From Eledone cirrhosa (taxonomy: Eukaryota), in NCBI GenBank assembly GCA_964016885.1, contig OZ024741.1, positions 107,446,001 through 107,510,000 of the forward strand: a DNA stretch of 64,000 bases. The letters are read 5' to 3'. The position numbers were made by a program, and so were the translations under genes. The stretch's first letter is position 1, and each line of letters begins with the position of its first letter. This document shows, piece after piece, positions 1 to 13,028 of this stretch. The notes beneath the pieces are model-generated. The model searched no databases. It was not told the DNA's origin and saw only the letters and a program-made list of their open reading frames with translations.

Positions 1-440
1 TTGCCTCTGTGATTTGTCTAAACATTGCGTCTTTTCTGTGTGTAGATTTTATTTTTATTTCTGTTCTCTAATTTGCCCTTATGTTCTAATTTAGCATTTC
101 TCCACAGCAAAATCCACGTCAATGGATGGGTATAGGGCCACTACATCCATACTACCTATTATACAGTCTGTTAGGTCCATAGACAGGTTATTTTCGCTGA
201 TTCTGCTGAGGAGGTCCTCCGTGCTGTCACATATATCCGGGGACATTTCAATGATGGGGCGTACGATCAGGACGAGAAAGTAGGAAAGTTTGTAGTTGCT
301 AGCAATGTTAGCTCCACAGACTGGCCGTGTTGGTGGTCCTGTGACTGGGTCACTGTTCATCTTGTGGTCTTTTCGAAGCCCATATAACGCTGGCACGTCA
401 TTGTTCCAGGCCTGGTGCGTGTGTTTCTTATTGGCAACAT
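1..440 (-). mobile_element. Penelope-like retroelement reverse transcriptase fragment (degenerate, runs off the window edge)
   Basis: ORF 91..507 contains PALYGLRKDHK, GPPTRPVCGA and GSMDVVALYPSID, which resemble PLE RT motifs 1/2/A. It stops at 91. The ORF's N-terminus (440-520) is a dispersed repeat also seen at ~15385-15460. Confidence 0.7.
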
Positions 441-559
441 GACCCTCCCAAAATATAACAATATCGGTTTCAACACATGTTTTCAGATAAAGAATCTTGC
501 TAAACAAATTCAGAAACGAAATATATATATATATAATATATATTATATATATATATTGG

Positions 560-1745
560 TCATTGTCGGTACACTTTTACATACATTTTGAGTGGCCATT
601 GATGAAGCGGGTGTTTGTCGCTTTTGCCATTCTTTGTATTTCGTCTCGTGCTGTTGATTCACCTAGTATTTTGTCTAGCTTTATGTCAAGAAATTTCTTA
701 AAGACATAAACGTCCACACCATATTGATCTCTCAGATTCTTCGTAGCTTATTAAAGAGCTTGGGGCATTTGAACCCCATACTATTGAGGTATCTAGTTCA
801 TAGTCTATTCTTGAAAGTTGGGAACATTGACACTACAAATTGGCCTCCTGTTCGAGGGTTGGTCCAGCTCTCAATGCCAAAGTTTGGTGCTATTTCTTCT
901 ATGTGTATATTACTGTGTAATTCTTCCGTCTTCTCTCTATGAAGTAGAGCTTTAGTTCTTTCAGCCTGAAATAATAGCTCATCTCTTTCAATCAGGCAAA
1001 CTTCTAAATGTAACTTCGTTGTATTGTTTCGGGTTCTGCAGTTAATTTGACACTATGGGGTGATCACATCTGAGGTGACCACGGCTGAGGACAAAAATTC
1101 TCCAGAGTATCAATATAGTTTCCTAGTTTCGTGTTCTGAAAGTCTTCAGAATTGAACCAGCCAGTCATCTACACATTGGCACTACTTTAGCGATGTGTAT
1201 ATGAAACGATACATCATTTCTCATGTCAATACACGGGTCAAGTATAGATGTCGATTCAGGGATTTCGTTTCTTCTGGGTCCGATATAGCTTTGTTGTAGT
1301 AGCTTTGTGCTGCGGGATGAAAGAGGATGGCTTGAAATCTAGCATTAAACTGCATATTGTTGTCGTCAGCCTATTTGTATATGGCATCAGAATCTTGTAA
1401 GAAGGTAACATCAGACAGATTCTTGATTGCACGTGCTGTTTTCGTGTCTTCCGCATATCTTTTGAGTGGTGCTGTCTGTACAACGGAGCATATGTCTGAG
1501 AGTGCCACCTCAAACAGCAGTGGGAGCCACCACTTGTTACTGATGATTCCTTTGAAAGGGCTCCGTTGGCCGCAACTGTCTGGCTTCTATCTTGTAAGAT
1601 GTAATGAAGCCATCAGATAATATTCCAACTATGCCAAAACTATATCTATATGTATAACCTTGTATTATCAAACTGCACCTTGATCTATATTGTATTTCCC
1701 CTGTGTTTTGATTTCTCCGATATGTTCTTATATACTTCCGTTTTA
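560..1745 (-). mobile_element. Decayed CR1/L2-group LINE, RT and C-terminal part
   Basis: Manual minus-strand translation across stops and frameshifts gives RYAEDTK (YADDTK-like), IYK*ADDNNMQFNA, GSILKTFRTRN and NSMGFKCPKLFNKL..NLRDQYGVDVYVFKKFLD, all typical of CR1-group ORF2 ends. Confidence 0.65.
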
Positions 1746-2988
1746 CTCCATGCATCACCACCCTAGTTATGACGGCATTTTATTTATGTATTTTGCTTTT
1801 TATTTACGTATTTCGCTTATTATTCCTTTTATTTATGTGTTTATTTACTCGCTTTACTCTCATTATATACTTATCATTGTGCTCATTAGCACACGACCCT
1901 AGAATATTACTTTCTGTACCCTTATATCTGTTTATCTTTATTCACTCCTCCTACCCACCCAAGAACCGCACTACATATAAATATAGTCTATTTGCGCATT
2001 TCATCGGGTTTTACCACTTTCAACCTCACATCACGGGTGTGAATATATAATAATCGTTTGGTACACGCGATGATCCGACGGATGTGGCGGCTTACCCGAC
2101 TGCACGCCAGGCACTCGGGTAGATAAGCCTTCCTTGAGTGCTTGGAAAAATAAATTACCCCTTCTTTCGGCCGGCTTTGACCGCCAAGTTAAACTCTAGG
2201 CTTAATCATAACTATTAGCTGTATCATGCCTCCCTCTACTAGCACGTAACTAAATCCCCCTCCTGTGTGAATTACTAGTAATCGTTTATGGCCAGACGGC
2301 GGTGGCGGACTCCCGCTAACCCACCCGATGCACATTCTTGGAGTGCTCGGAAAAATTAATTTCCATTTCTTTCGCTAGACGATATTACTCGGAACGTCTG
2401 ACACGTGGTTAGGGAGGGCTAGCCGGCGTCTGCAGTCGTCGCTGGTTATTGACGGCTATACAAGGACTTAATCTTTACTCTATATCCTACCCTGAAAACT
2501 TATCGTGACTATCTATAATACACTTAAACTTTTCCATATAAGCCTCTTTCTGTAAATTCTTTAACTAAATCTTTCAACCCAAACCTTAAACCTTATTTTT
2601 CTAATTTCATCTTATAACTCTAAACATAAGTTTAACGTTTCTAATTGTTAACCGAATTTTCTGTCCACACATTATACCATACAGACGCCCACTATATATG
2701 TCTTTGTTGAAGATATATGTTCTTTGGAAAAACCATTTTTCGCGGTAATTTCTAGCACGCATGATCAGCCTGATTGAGGCATGTCCTCAACGCTGACATT
2801 CCTCTTTGATGGAGAGGTAGTAGCACATTATAAGCTTGCGCCCCCTCACCAGATGGTCATAAGTAGACTTAATAATCAACACTTGAGGGCGGCCGACCGT
2901 GGTAGAAGCTGCTAAATAATCGGTCGTCCTCTTGTCTCTGATTTTAAGCCCCATAGATTTTATGTTATATTCCTTTGTTATATTTTGA

Positions 2989-3245
2989 ATACCTGATGAT
3001 GTCACTGGATTCATACTGAACCCGGTCATTGAAGTGATCATTGTATAATAAACCTTTCAAGGATTTACACCAGTCCAACCTCCTCTTATTTTATAATAAT
3101 TAACTCCGTACTCGCACTACCAACTACACTAACGAAGACAGGTGAGTTGCATTACATTATGCTCTCCATAATATTACATCGAGGTTGACCATACGGAATG
3201 ACCAGTTCTATCCAGTGGCGAACCAACAAACCTAAATAAATAAAT
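2989..3245 (+). mobile_element. PLE pseudo-LTR-like segment: degenerate hammerhead motif followed by a GTGAGT splice-donor-like site
   Basis: atac-CTGATGA...GAAG-tgatca-TT-gtat (stem I atac/gtat, palindromic stem III), then ag|GTGAGT at ~3141, ending in (TAAA)n(TA)n. The layout is the same as 36030-36300. Confidence 0.35.
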
Positions 3246-3247
3246 AA

Positions 3248-3305
<58 letters not shown>

Positions 3306-3347
3306 CTTCAAAATATTAATAAATATAGACATTCATGTGATCAAATA

Positions 3348-3413
3348 TATTTTATTATACATATTTCAGAGGTACTGAGCTATTTCAACACTACGTCCTC
3401 ATCAGATAAAATA
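3348..3413 (-). ncRNA. Minimal type I hammerhead ribozyme motif
   Basis: Minus strand: tattttat-CTGATGA-gga...tct-GAAA-tatgta-TA-ataaaata. Stem I is a perfect 8 bp and stem III is short and palindromic. Confidence 0.7.
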
Positions 3414-4295
3414 AATTGATGTCTGACATACCTTGACTGTATTGATGGCTAAAATTCAGTCATGGCAGTGATTAATTATGATAAAACTCAATATTTATAT
3501 ACCTTAAGTTGAAACATGAAAAGTTACATATAATACAGAGGGTACGTATGAGATTGTGTATAAAAATATATAATAATAAATAAATAATAATAAATATAAT
3601 ACATAAAACTACTTAACTGTTAAAAATTTAAATAATAAAATATTCATACCTCCGTATTGTAGATAGAGCAAGCGAGAGAGCGAAAAAAGCTAACCGGAGG
3701 AGAGAAAGAAAAGGAATAGATTTGATAATAAAAACAAAGAAAGGGAGATATGTGAGATAGCGAGAGAGGTAATCAAAGGATAGAGAGAAGAAAAGGAAGT
3801 AGGTTTAATAGTAAAAACAAAGAAAGGAAGATGCTTATGGTAACGTATAGATAACGTATAATTACATAGGGGGAAGGAAGATCTAGGTATATGATGCGTG
3901 ACCGTTTATTTTCAAATCTTAAGTTAATTAGAAATAATCAATTAATTAAATAACTTGAAATTTTAGACTATAAAATTTGAAAGAATCTATATTATTGTAT
4001 CAAAGTTAAAGCAAATGTAACGTGAAAGAGATAAATTAAAGTTTATCATAACTCCAAGGGTAATCAAGAGTATATTTAAAAGTATATTTAAATTAAAAAA
4101 TATAGTCAATAATTTAGTTAGAAAGAATTAAAATTACAAAATGGTATTAACTAACCATATAGCTTATAAATGTATTTAATAAGATATTATTAAACCAGAT
4201 TTATTTAGATATACGCATTTGTATAATTTATATATAAACTATAAGATTTAAGGTTTAAGTCGATATTTGTCAATTATATATAATATTAATTATTA

Positions 4296-7125
4296 GTTAT
4301 CATGGAATTGCCGTATCAGGTTCAAAAACTTTGTCGGGCATCCAAACTTCGACAGGATCGACCAGAGGGCTTCCCTGTTGACAGTGTCGAAGGCCTTCGT
4401 CAAGTCTATGAAAACGGCAAAGAGGTCCATGTTCTGCTCGACACACTTCTGCACCGGGCGTACAGAGAAGATCATGTTGATCGTGCTGCGGTTTAGGCGG
4501 AACCCACACTGAGCCTCAGGCAGGTTGTCCTCCGAGATGTTGGCATTGAGGCGGTTGAGCATGACCCGAGTCAAGACCTTCCCAGCGATGGACAGGAGAG
4601 AAATGCCCCGATAGTTGCCACAGTCAGTTTTGCTGCCTTTGTTCTTAAAAGGCGAGACAACTGTGGCATCCCTGAAGTCTTTGGGCACCTCTTCTTCCTC
4701 CCATATGCTGACGAGGAGGGTGTGGAAGGCCACCAGGGCAGCTGGACCGGCCGACTTGATATCTCGGCAGGAATCCCGTCCTTCCCAGGGGCCTTTCTTG
4801 AGCTGGTCTGGTTGATTGCCTTCGTGACTTCATCCAACGTGGGGGGAAGGTCGAGGCTGCCGATTACGGGCTTCTGTGGGACCTGGTCGAGGGCGGCAGG
4901 GTCGACAGTGAAGGGCCTGTTGAGCAGGTTGCTGAAGTGCTCTCTCCACCTCGAGTTGATGCTGCTCTTCTCCTTCAGCAGGATCGAGCCGTCAGCAGAC
5001 AGCAGCGGTGTGGTGACAGGCTTGGGGGGTCCGTAGACGTCCCCGATGGCGCTGAAGAACAACTTGGAGTTCTTTGTGTCAGCGTATCTCTCGACTTCTT
5101 CGGCCTTCTTTTCCCACCACTTGTCCTGCATTTTGCGTAGCGCTGCTTGGGTCTGCCTCTGGAGGCGCTTGAAGCGGTCGCGCTTCGAGGTGGAGCAGCT
5201 GTCATTCTGCCACTCAATGAAAGCCCTCCTCTTCTCGTCAAGGAGTTGTCTGATGCGCTCATCGTTTCCATCAAACCAGTCCTGGTGGACTCTCTTCCTC
5301 GGCCCGATGGTTGCCTTGGCTGACTCTGTCACCAGCGACCTGAACTGGTCCCACTGTTGAGTTGGGGGTCCAGTCAGTGGTCCATGGGCAGTCAGCCGGC
5401 CGTCCAGGTCTTCCGCGAACGCATCACGATGCTCTGGCTGCTTGAGTCGTGCGACGTCGAAAGCTGGCCTACAGACTTTCGGAGTCTTGCGATGCGTTGG
5501 GGTGATGTGCAGTAACAGGATGGTCCTGACAAGACGATGGTCGGTCCAACACTCTGCATCACGAATGGCCCTGCTGATTCTGACGTCACGGATGTCCCTC
5601 CTGCGGCATATGGCAAAGTCAATCAGATGCCACTGTTTGGATCTGGGGTCATCCATGTCGTCTTGAACTTGTCTGCCTGGCGGAACAGTGTGCTGGTGAT
5701 GGTGAGGTCGTTCTCGGCGCAGAAACTCAACAGTATGAGGCCGTTAGAGTTCACCTGTGCCGTGAGGTCCCAGCACGCCTCTTGAGTTGCTGCTGTTAGA
5801 CCCGACTCTTGCGTTGAAGTCCCCCAGTAGGATGAGTTTATCGCTTGGGGGGACGCCCTTCACGGGTGCGTTGAGTTCCCCGTAGAAAGCGTCCTTTGCT
5901 TCATCGCTGCTGGTGAGAGTGGGGTGTACGCGCTGATGACTGTGACATGCCGAGATGGGTCGAGGGGGAAGCGGAGCTTCATCAGCCGCTCACTCACAGG
6001 TGTTGGGAGGTCTGGTAGCTGCTTGCAGAGTGAAGTCCTGATGGCCAGGCCTACCCCGTGGATTCTGTCCTCGTCCTTTGCATTGCCCTTCCAGAAGAAG
6101 GTGTAGCCTCCTTTCGGTTCTGCTACTGATCCTTCTTCGGCAATTCTAGTCTCGCTGAGGGCGGCTATGTTGATATGGTAGCGAGCTAATTCCCTTGCTA
6201 TGAGGGAAGTTCTTCTCTCTGGCCTCAAGGAGGTTTCCCTATCCATGAGGGTGCACACATTCCATGCGCCAAAAATCAAGTTCTTCTTTCTATTATGTTG
6301 GTTTCGACCGCTTACAAGGGTAAAACCGCCAGCCGCGGTAGACTGGCCGGCTTTATGTGGGACGAGCATTGGGTTAGAGCTCCTTTTACCGCCCCTACCC
6401 TCGTGTGAGGATGAGCAGTGCTCCCCTGAAAAGGGCTGCTTAGTCGCCCGGTGGAATGCCTGATCTCATCTGTCATCCCAGGGTCAGGAGGAGAACGACT
6501 TGCGCATCCAGGCCGCCCACGTATGGGTTTGAAACTGGCAACTCCCAGAGGTTACCTCCACCTGTTACCTCCGCCTCTCGCCCATCGCCGCAGGGCTTTG
6601 GGACTGCACGCTAAAGAAGAAACCTGTGCGGGAAAGGTTTATAGTGGGAGGGCCAGTGCACAGTGACGGTCTAACTCACTCGGCCGTAGAAGCCAGAATC
6701 CGGTGGTACGACGGACCGTCACGACCAAGGACTTATTTGGCTGCAGTGGATGGCCACGACGCCTGTAGTGCCTTGCTGTGCCCTAGCGCTCCACACCGCC
6801 TGCTCTCACCGCCTTCGTGACTGTTGGGACGATGTTGTCATCCTCCACTTACTCCTCCGGGTCCAGTCTTCGCATGCAAGGGCAGGCATCCGCTATCTAA
6901 CTCACGGGGGTGGATTCAGACCCGTCCGGCTACCCTCAACCTGGTTCGGCCCGCCAGCCAAGGCGGTTTACCAGGGTGTGGCCGCTGTCGCACGCTACAG
7001 CTTCTTGTGGTCACAGGTGAGAACTGAGTGTCAGGTGGGACCCAATGCAGGATGAGCTGTCCTGAAAAGGGCATCACTAATCCCCTCCCCTACAGAGGTA
7101 TATGCCCCTTCCTGACACCCCAGGG
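4296..7125 (-). mobile_element. RTE-clade LINE: 5' UTR, APE endonuclease and N-terminal half of RT; frameshifted, 3'-truncated
   Basis: ORFs 5860-6369 (GAWNV, IAALSETR, GYTFFWKG, HGVGLAI), 4571-5656 (WHLIDF, WTDHRLV, KAPGKDGIPAE) and 4293-4733 (CGNYRGISLLS, QCGFR, FIDLTKAFDTV). It is markedly GC-rich relative to its flanks. Confidence 0.92.
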
Positions 7126-7189
7126 ATATACACACGTATATACATACACATACATATGTACATGTGTATATACATATTTACACATTTTT

Positions 7190-7372
7190 GGAAGGCCCTT
7201 GACTCTTATCAGTTCTTCCGCCCTTTGTCAGGTTTTGTTTTTTGTCCTACAGGGTGTCCAAAATCACCCTCCTCACCAAGTAAACTTGGTGGAGTTGCCA
7301 GTTTAGTCGCCGACGACCCGATCATGCGACAGGTTGTACTGGTTTACATGTTACCAGTAGCACTCAAGAGTA
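7190..7372 (+). repeat. Partial copy of a ~530-bp dispersed repeat (others at 14227-14690, 54332-54863 and 63780-63931)
   Basis: Matches the reverse complement of 54332-54510 (gtcgccgacgacccgatcatgcgacaggttgtactggtttacatgttaccagtagca). Confidence 0.7.
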
Positions 7373-7951
7373 TATATATAGTGGCGGACTGTGTCTAAAA
7401 ATATTGGTTGCCAAGAGATGAAAGGGCACACCTACATATAGAATGTTAACATTTAATTTTTATAATTAATAAATAACATTTTCGAAAAATACAGAAGTGG
7501 AAACAAAACAGTGCAATCAAATTTTTGCGGAAAAATATCTTACCTTCTCCAATAAAAAATATGTATTTTACGAAATCCATAGACTTTCAATAATGACCAG
7601 AAGTCGACCCAATATGTTACTAATAGGTCTAGGAAAGCCATGAACGACACCACATCTTTTTAACTTTGATTTTGAAAGTAGGTTTATAATTATCAATTTT
7701 ATTTATACCTTTGTAGCGGTCTCGGTGGCCTAGTTGGAGGAATCATAGACTGTGGTGATCCTGGTCGGGAGTAGGGTTCCCGGTAAACCTTTTCAGTTTT
7801 TTACTATTGGTTGTAAAACAAAAACTGAAATTCGTACTTATAAACCTATATTCAAAATGTTTAAAACAACGTGTTGTGGTGTCGTTCATGTCTTTCTTAA
7901 TGTTATTGCTCCTACCTAAGGTCGACTTCTAAATAATATATACATATATAT

Positions 7952-8020
<69 letters not shown>

Positions 8021-8064
8021 ATACTTGGGGAGGGTCATATTTGTGTAATATTGCCAGAATTAAG

Positions 8065-8095
<31 letters not shown>

Positions 8096-8371
8096 ATGCA
8101 CATATAAGATATAGGTATAGATTTTACATAAACAGATGATTGCCGGTTAAATACAAATTTTACTTTTTCTTTTTATTTTCTTTGCCTTATAATAAATACC
8201 ATAGTAAGTTAGTATGTTTCGAAAATTAAAAAAAATATATATATAAGGAGAATATAAATACTCAACTTTTTCCATTTCTCTGAGGGTTCTAAACCCCACT
8301 ATCAGGCTAAAAATTTCTTTAGTCTAAAGCTTATATTTCTAATTTGAAAGCTTATATTTCTAATTTGAATT

Positions 8372-8570
8372 AAATAATTGTTTCTACTTTTGGCACAAGG
8401 CCAGCAATTATTCCTGTACATTACTGGTACTTTATTTTATCGACTCCGTAATGTTGAAAGGGAAAGTGAACCTCAGCGGAATTTGAACTCAGACTATAAA
8501 GGAGCGTAAATCTATGCTGCAAAACATGGCATCCGACTTTCTATCGATACTGATAATGATTAATCACCTC
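8372..8570 (-). mobile_element. tRNA-derived SINE
   Basis: Reverse complement has a GAGTTCAAATT B-box, the core ctttc..cattacggagtcgataaaataaagtaccag and the tail ggccttgtgccaaaagtagaaacaattattt. Confidence 0.8.
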
Positions 8571-9000
8571 AAGCGCTAAAATTACTGAAATCAATGAAAG
8601 AAAAATAGTGTTTACCTTGCATTTAGAAAAACTTGACACGTTGATTTGGATTTCAAGTAAAGACAATAAAAAGAGCTTACTTACTTCATCGGTGAATCGA
8701 GATTTCAACACACGCACGTGGAAATCTATGTGAGGCATATCCAATATCAAAATCCGATAAGTATATATCTTTTCAAAGTTATATACCTTCCCTTCACAAT
8801 GTTTTGAAACAGACTTTTAAGCAATGAAATTAGAGCTTTAAAGAGGATATTTACGAGAGACATAAAAACATAAAAACAAACACGTATCCATAACTTGCCA
8901 CAATTACACACACAGGCACACACTCACGCGCGCATACACATACACACATATATATATAAATATTAAAGTCAATTTTATTTCACATTCTATTTTGTTACAG

Positions 9001-9090
9001 AGAACAAAACGACGAATTGTCAACGAATTGTGAACCGTGATGGCAATGCGAGTGGAATGTTAAACAAAACCTTAGGAGATCTCGTAGCAG
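9001..9090 (+). CDS. Internal exon of a stargazin/TARP-like (CACNG, claudin superfamily) gene, first extracellular loop
   Basis: Acceptor ttttgttacAG ends at 9000 and donor GTaggt starts at 9091. The 90-nt phase 1-1 exon is open (NKTTNCQRIVNRDGNASGMLNKTLGDLVA-E), carries a Cys at the expected ECL1 position and joins the next exon in frame. Confidence 0.7.
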
Positions 9091-9178
9091 GTAGGTGCAC
9101 TGCATGACTGAGTGAACACTCACTAGCACATTCTTATATAAGCACACATTCACAGACTCACACACATACACACGCACG

Positions 9179-9257
<79 letters not shown>

Positions 9258-9689
9258 GCTACTACGTAATTGTAGGCTTTTCCACTAATTAATTGAAGGA
9301 ACAAGATGGGGAGAATGGGGAGAATGGGAAGTCTTTCCCAGCCAAGTTATGCAATCTTATAACATGTAATTCTTGCACTATGTAATTCTTGTAATACTTG
9401 GGTATTGTTGTGATGAAACTCTACCATTTTTCTTTCAATATTTCATTCGAGTTGTTCATAATACACTTGTGTTGAAGGATAATTGAAGTATGGAATTAAA
9501 ATATGTCTGCAAGCCAAAAACCCTCTTATTGATTTTTTGTTTCTTCGGAATATTTATACATCTGTGAAAAAATCTTGTTTATAAACGCTGGAGCATGTTT
9601 TATCAAGAACAATGTAACAATTATATATGGAATGAGATTATGATTTAAAGTTAAGATGTGTGATCCAAAGCTATTTTAAAAACAGTTTA

Positions 9690-11750
9690 CAAAAGATTTT
9701 CCTCAAAATTAAAAACAAATATTTTCCTATATCTCTAAAAAATTTCCCTGAAATATTTTCCTCAAAATATTCTATTATCATTATTATTACAAGAAATACT
9801 CTCTCTAAATTATTAACATTTCTTTTTCAATAGTTTTCGAAATATATTTGTAAATAACCTTAATATGTTTCCAAAATTGACTGAAAATTTTCTGAAAAGT
9901 TTTTGGGAAATCTTTTCACATAAATTTTGCTAAAATATTTGAAAGATTTTGGGAATATATTTTGATGTCTTTTTTTAATAAATTTGAAGACACACTTTTG
10001 AGAATAATTACGTTTCGTGTATAATTTGACACATTTTAATTTCGCATAACCTGAACAATCTAAATTATCTTTAATATTTCATCAAAAAAATTTTTCTTCA
10101 AAAGATTTTGTATGAGATATAATAAGCTTTCAACATTTTTCTCAAAATTATTCACCAAAATGTTTCTCAAAGATTTTCCTAAAACTTTATCAAATATTTT
10201 CTTCAAAATTATTTTCGAAATGAGTTCAACAAAACTTATTTTAAGAATTTTCCTCAAGATTTTCTAACTTTTTTCTGGAACATTTCCTTAAAATAATTCA
10301 GCTCTCAAAATTATCCAAAGTTTTCAAAACATCAAAAAATATTTTAAATCTAATTTTCTCAAACTTTTATCTCCAAACGAAAACCAAACATTCCTCCATA
10401 ACTTTTCAAAATTTCTTTAACGTTTTTCTCAAAATGTTTCAGATAATTCCCTCAAAATTTTTTTAAAGACTTTATCAAAATGTTTTGCAAAACTTTCACG
10501 AACAAGTCTGTCAAAGTTCTAAAGAAATGTTATCACTTTTCAAAAATTTTACTTCAAATGAAAACTTTTGAGAAAAATTTCAAATGAAATTTTAATAGTT
10601 TAAAAAGAAAATATTGGGGAATATTTTTCAGGAGACCATTTGAAATTTAGAAGTGAAAAATAAAAAAAAAAAGATTTGAAAAATATTGGGGAAATTATTT
10701 GTAAAAATTGTTTCAGAAAAATTTGAGTAAAATATGTCCGACCCTCTAATAATTCCTAGAATGTTACGGAAATTTAAAGAAAACTTTGATGAAGTAATTT
10801 TGAAAAACTTTGAAGAGAATCATTTGAGAATATTTTGTTGAATGTTGTTTTCAAAATTCTTTTCATATTTCATTTTATGAGCGTTGACATAATTTAGTTT
10901 CAATTAGCCTTTACAAACTAAATTTCTCGCCATATCTCACAAAACCTTTGCTTCAAAAGATTTTTAAATATTTGCTTTAAAATATTTAATGAGACTTAAT
11001 ATTTTAACTCCAAAATATTCCTCATTAGTTTTGAAAAAATGTTCGTGAAAACTTTCTTTAAATAGTTTCTGAAAATTTAAAAAAAATCTTAATGAAAACT
11101 TTCTTAAAATATTTTCTCAAAATTATTCAATAATTTCCCCAAAATGTTTCTCAACGATTTTCCTAAAATTTTATTTAATTTCGAAATGATTTCAACAAAA
11201 ATTATTTAATGAATTTTCACACTCTTTTCACAGAAAGTTTCCAAAACGTCAAAAAATTATTTTTTTTATCTAAATTTCTTTAAATTTTCTCAAATATTTC
11301 ATCAAAACTCTCCATACAAAAATATTCCTCCAAAACTTTTCAAAATTTCTTAAAAGGTTTTCTCAAACATTTTCAAATATCTTCAGCGAAATTTTCTTCA
11401 AAATTCTCCCTAAAAGATTTTCAAAATATTTCATAAAAATTTCTGAAATTTTCCTAAATAATTTTTCAAATATTTTCTTCAAAATTTAAAATTTTATCAA
11501 AATACTTTTGAAAGCATTTCTCCATTTTATTTTTTCGAAAGATTTCCCAAAAATGAAGATTTTTGAAAACATTTTAAGAAAGATTTTAATGGAAATTTTG
11601 ATGGTGTTTCAAAAACTTTGGAGAATATTTTTCAGGAAACCTTTTGAATTTTAGAAAAAAATTTAAATAAAATTGTTGAAAGATTTTGAGGAAAACATTT
11701 TGAGAATAATTTTGTAGAAAATGTTGATGAAAGAATATTAAAATAAAAAA
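9690..11750. repeat. AT-rich A/T-tract low-complexity repeat containing a diverged ~1-kb duplication
   Basis: Recurrent ttttctcaaaa and ttttgagaaaa motifs. 10139 ttctcaaaattattca...caaaatgtttctca recurs at 11114, and 10620 gaatatttttcagga recurs at ~11622. Confidence 0.6.
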
Positions 11751-12430
11751 ACAATTGTATTGGTGTTCCTACAGAGCCGTATATCTATAAATGTACGTAC
11801 AATATATTAAATAATATATGGGATATTTATGAAAAAGATTTGAAGGCCTTTCGCTATGAATTTTTAATGTCGTGACAAACGTCACACACATATCCTCAGC
11901 AAAAGCAGGCGGAAAGAATCGACAATGCATCGTCTCTCACTGTTTACTGGTTACAACGACTACATATCTCCTTACATTCGTTGAGGTTAAAATAAGGTAG
12001 AATCTTATAGATTTTTGTTTTTGTTTATGAGAGGTCGCTGGCGAGGCTTAAATAAAAAAAAAGTGGTATAATGAAAGTGTTTTACTTTGAACAATATACA
12101 GAATGTTTATGAAAAAAGATTTGAAAACGTTTCGCTATGAATTTTTAAGTTTGTGACAAACGTCACACACTTAAAGTTGCTAACATTTTTTTTTAATTCA
12201 GGGGAAAAATCATTCTACACGTTGTCTATGCATTCTGGTCAATTAAAGTCAAAATATTAGTAGCCACTCCAATTTCATACGTTCGTTTCGTATATCATTG
12301 AGTGTTGATCTAATATTTGGGCAAATGTTTGAGAAAATGACTTCGATAAATTTCATATACATACTAAACTCGTATACATCGAGTATCGCTATGAATATAT
12401 ATATATAAATCTTTATATATTTAATTTCAG

Positions 12431-12565
12431 AATCAGTCAATTCAACATGTGCATTTGCGGTCGTATCACTGGTACTTGTCGTATTCTCCGCTATTATTGG
12501 TCTTATAAGCAACGTCCGCTATGACAGTTATATCTTGCTTTCTTCCATTTTATTCGTAATTTCAG
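12431..12565 (+). CDS. Internal exon of the stargazin/TARP-like gene (TM2-TM3)
   Basis: Acceptor ttaatttcAG and donor GTAAGA. The 135-nt phase 1-1 exon encodes SVNSTCAFAVVSLVLVVFSAIIGLISNVRYDSYILLSSILFVIS-G, matching the CACNG TM2/TM3 pattern (..FPxVSL...SGIFFILSG). Confidence 0.85.
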
Positions 12566-12718
12566 GTAAGATTTTATCGTGGTTTTTAAGAAGAGACAAC
12601 CATTGGTATATGTATGCATCACTCACTCACTCACTCTCTCTCTCTTTCTCTCTCTCTCTCAGCCCCCCTTCTTTTCTCTCTTTCTCTCTCTCTCTCTCTA
12701 GATATATGTATATATATA

Positions 12719-12749
<31 letters not shown>

Positions 12750-13028
12750 CGTATATATATATATATACGCTGGGTGTGGCGTACTGGGGCACTGCAGTTA
12801 TTGCCATTCACTCTATCGTCATCCGTTCTTCGTTGGCTATTACTGAATGCGGGACTTTGATGTTGGTGCCCACATATGAGTTTCTGTTCCTGTTACAGGC
12901 TCATCTGTTTTCCTGTACACCAAAATGTCCTCTTTTGAAAATACATACAACAATTCGTTCTATATTAATATTCCCAAAACTGAGATTATGTTTACACACA
13001 TATATATATATATATATATACGAATATA

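Noticed and set aside
462-495. Hammerhead in the repeat shared with ~15400-15435 (minus strand CTGAAAACA...GAAAC)
   Set aside because: The core lacks the conserved GA of CUGANGA in both copies, and no convincing stems I/III are present.
3061-3141. Possible upstream exon of the TARP-like gene ending at ag|GTGAGT
   Set aside because: There is no GLW/Cys signature and the segment contains several TAA triplets. The donor is better explained as a PLE pseudo-LTR feature.
4302-7055. Numerous plus-strand ORFs
   Set aside because: These are antisense shadows of the GC-rich RTE element.
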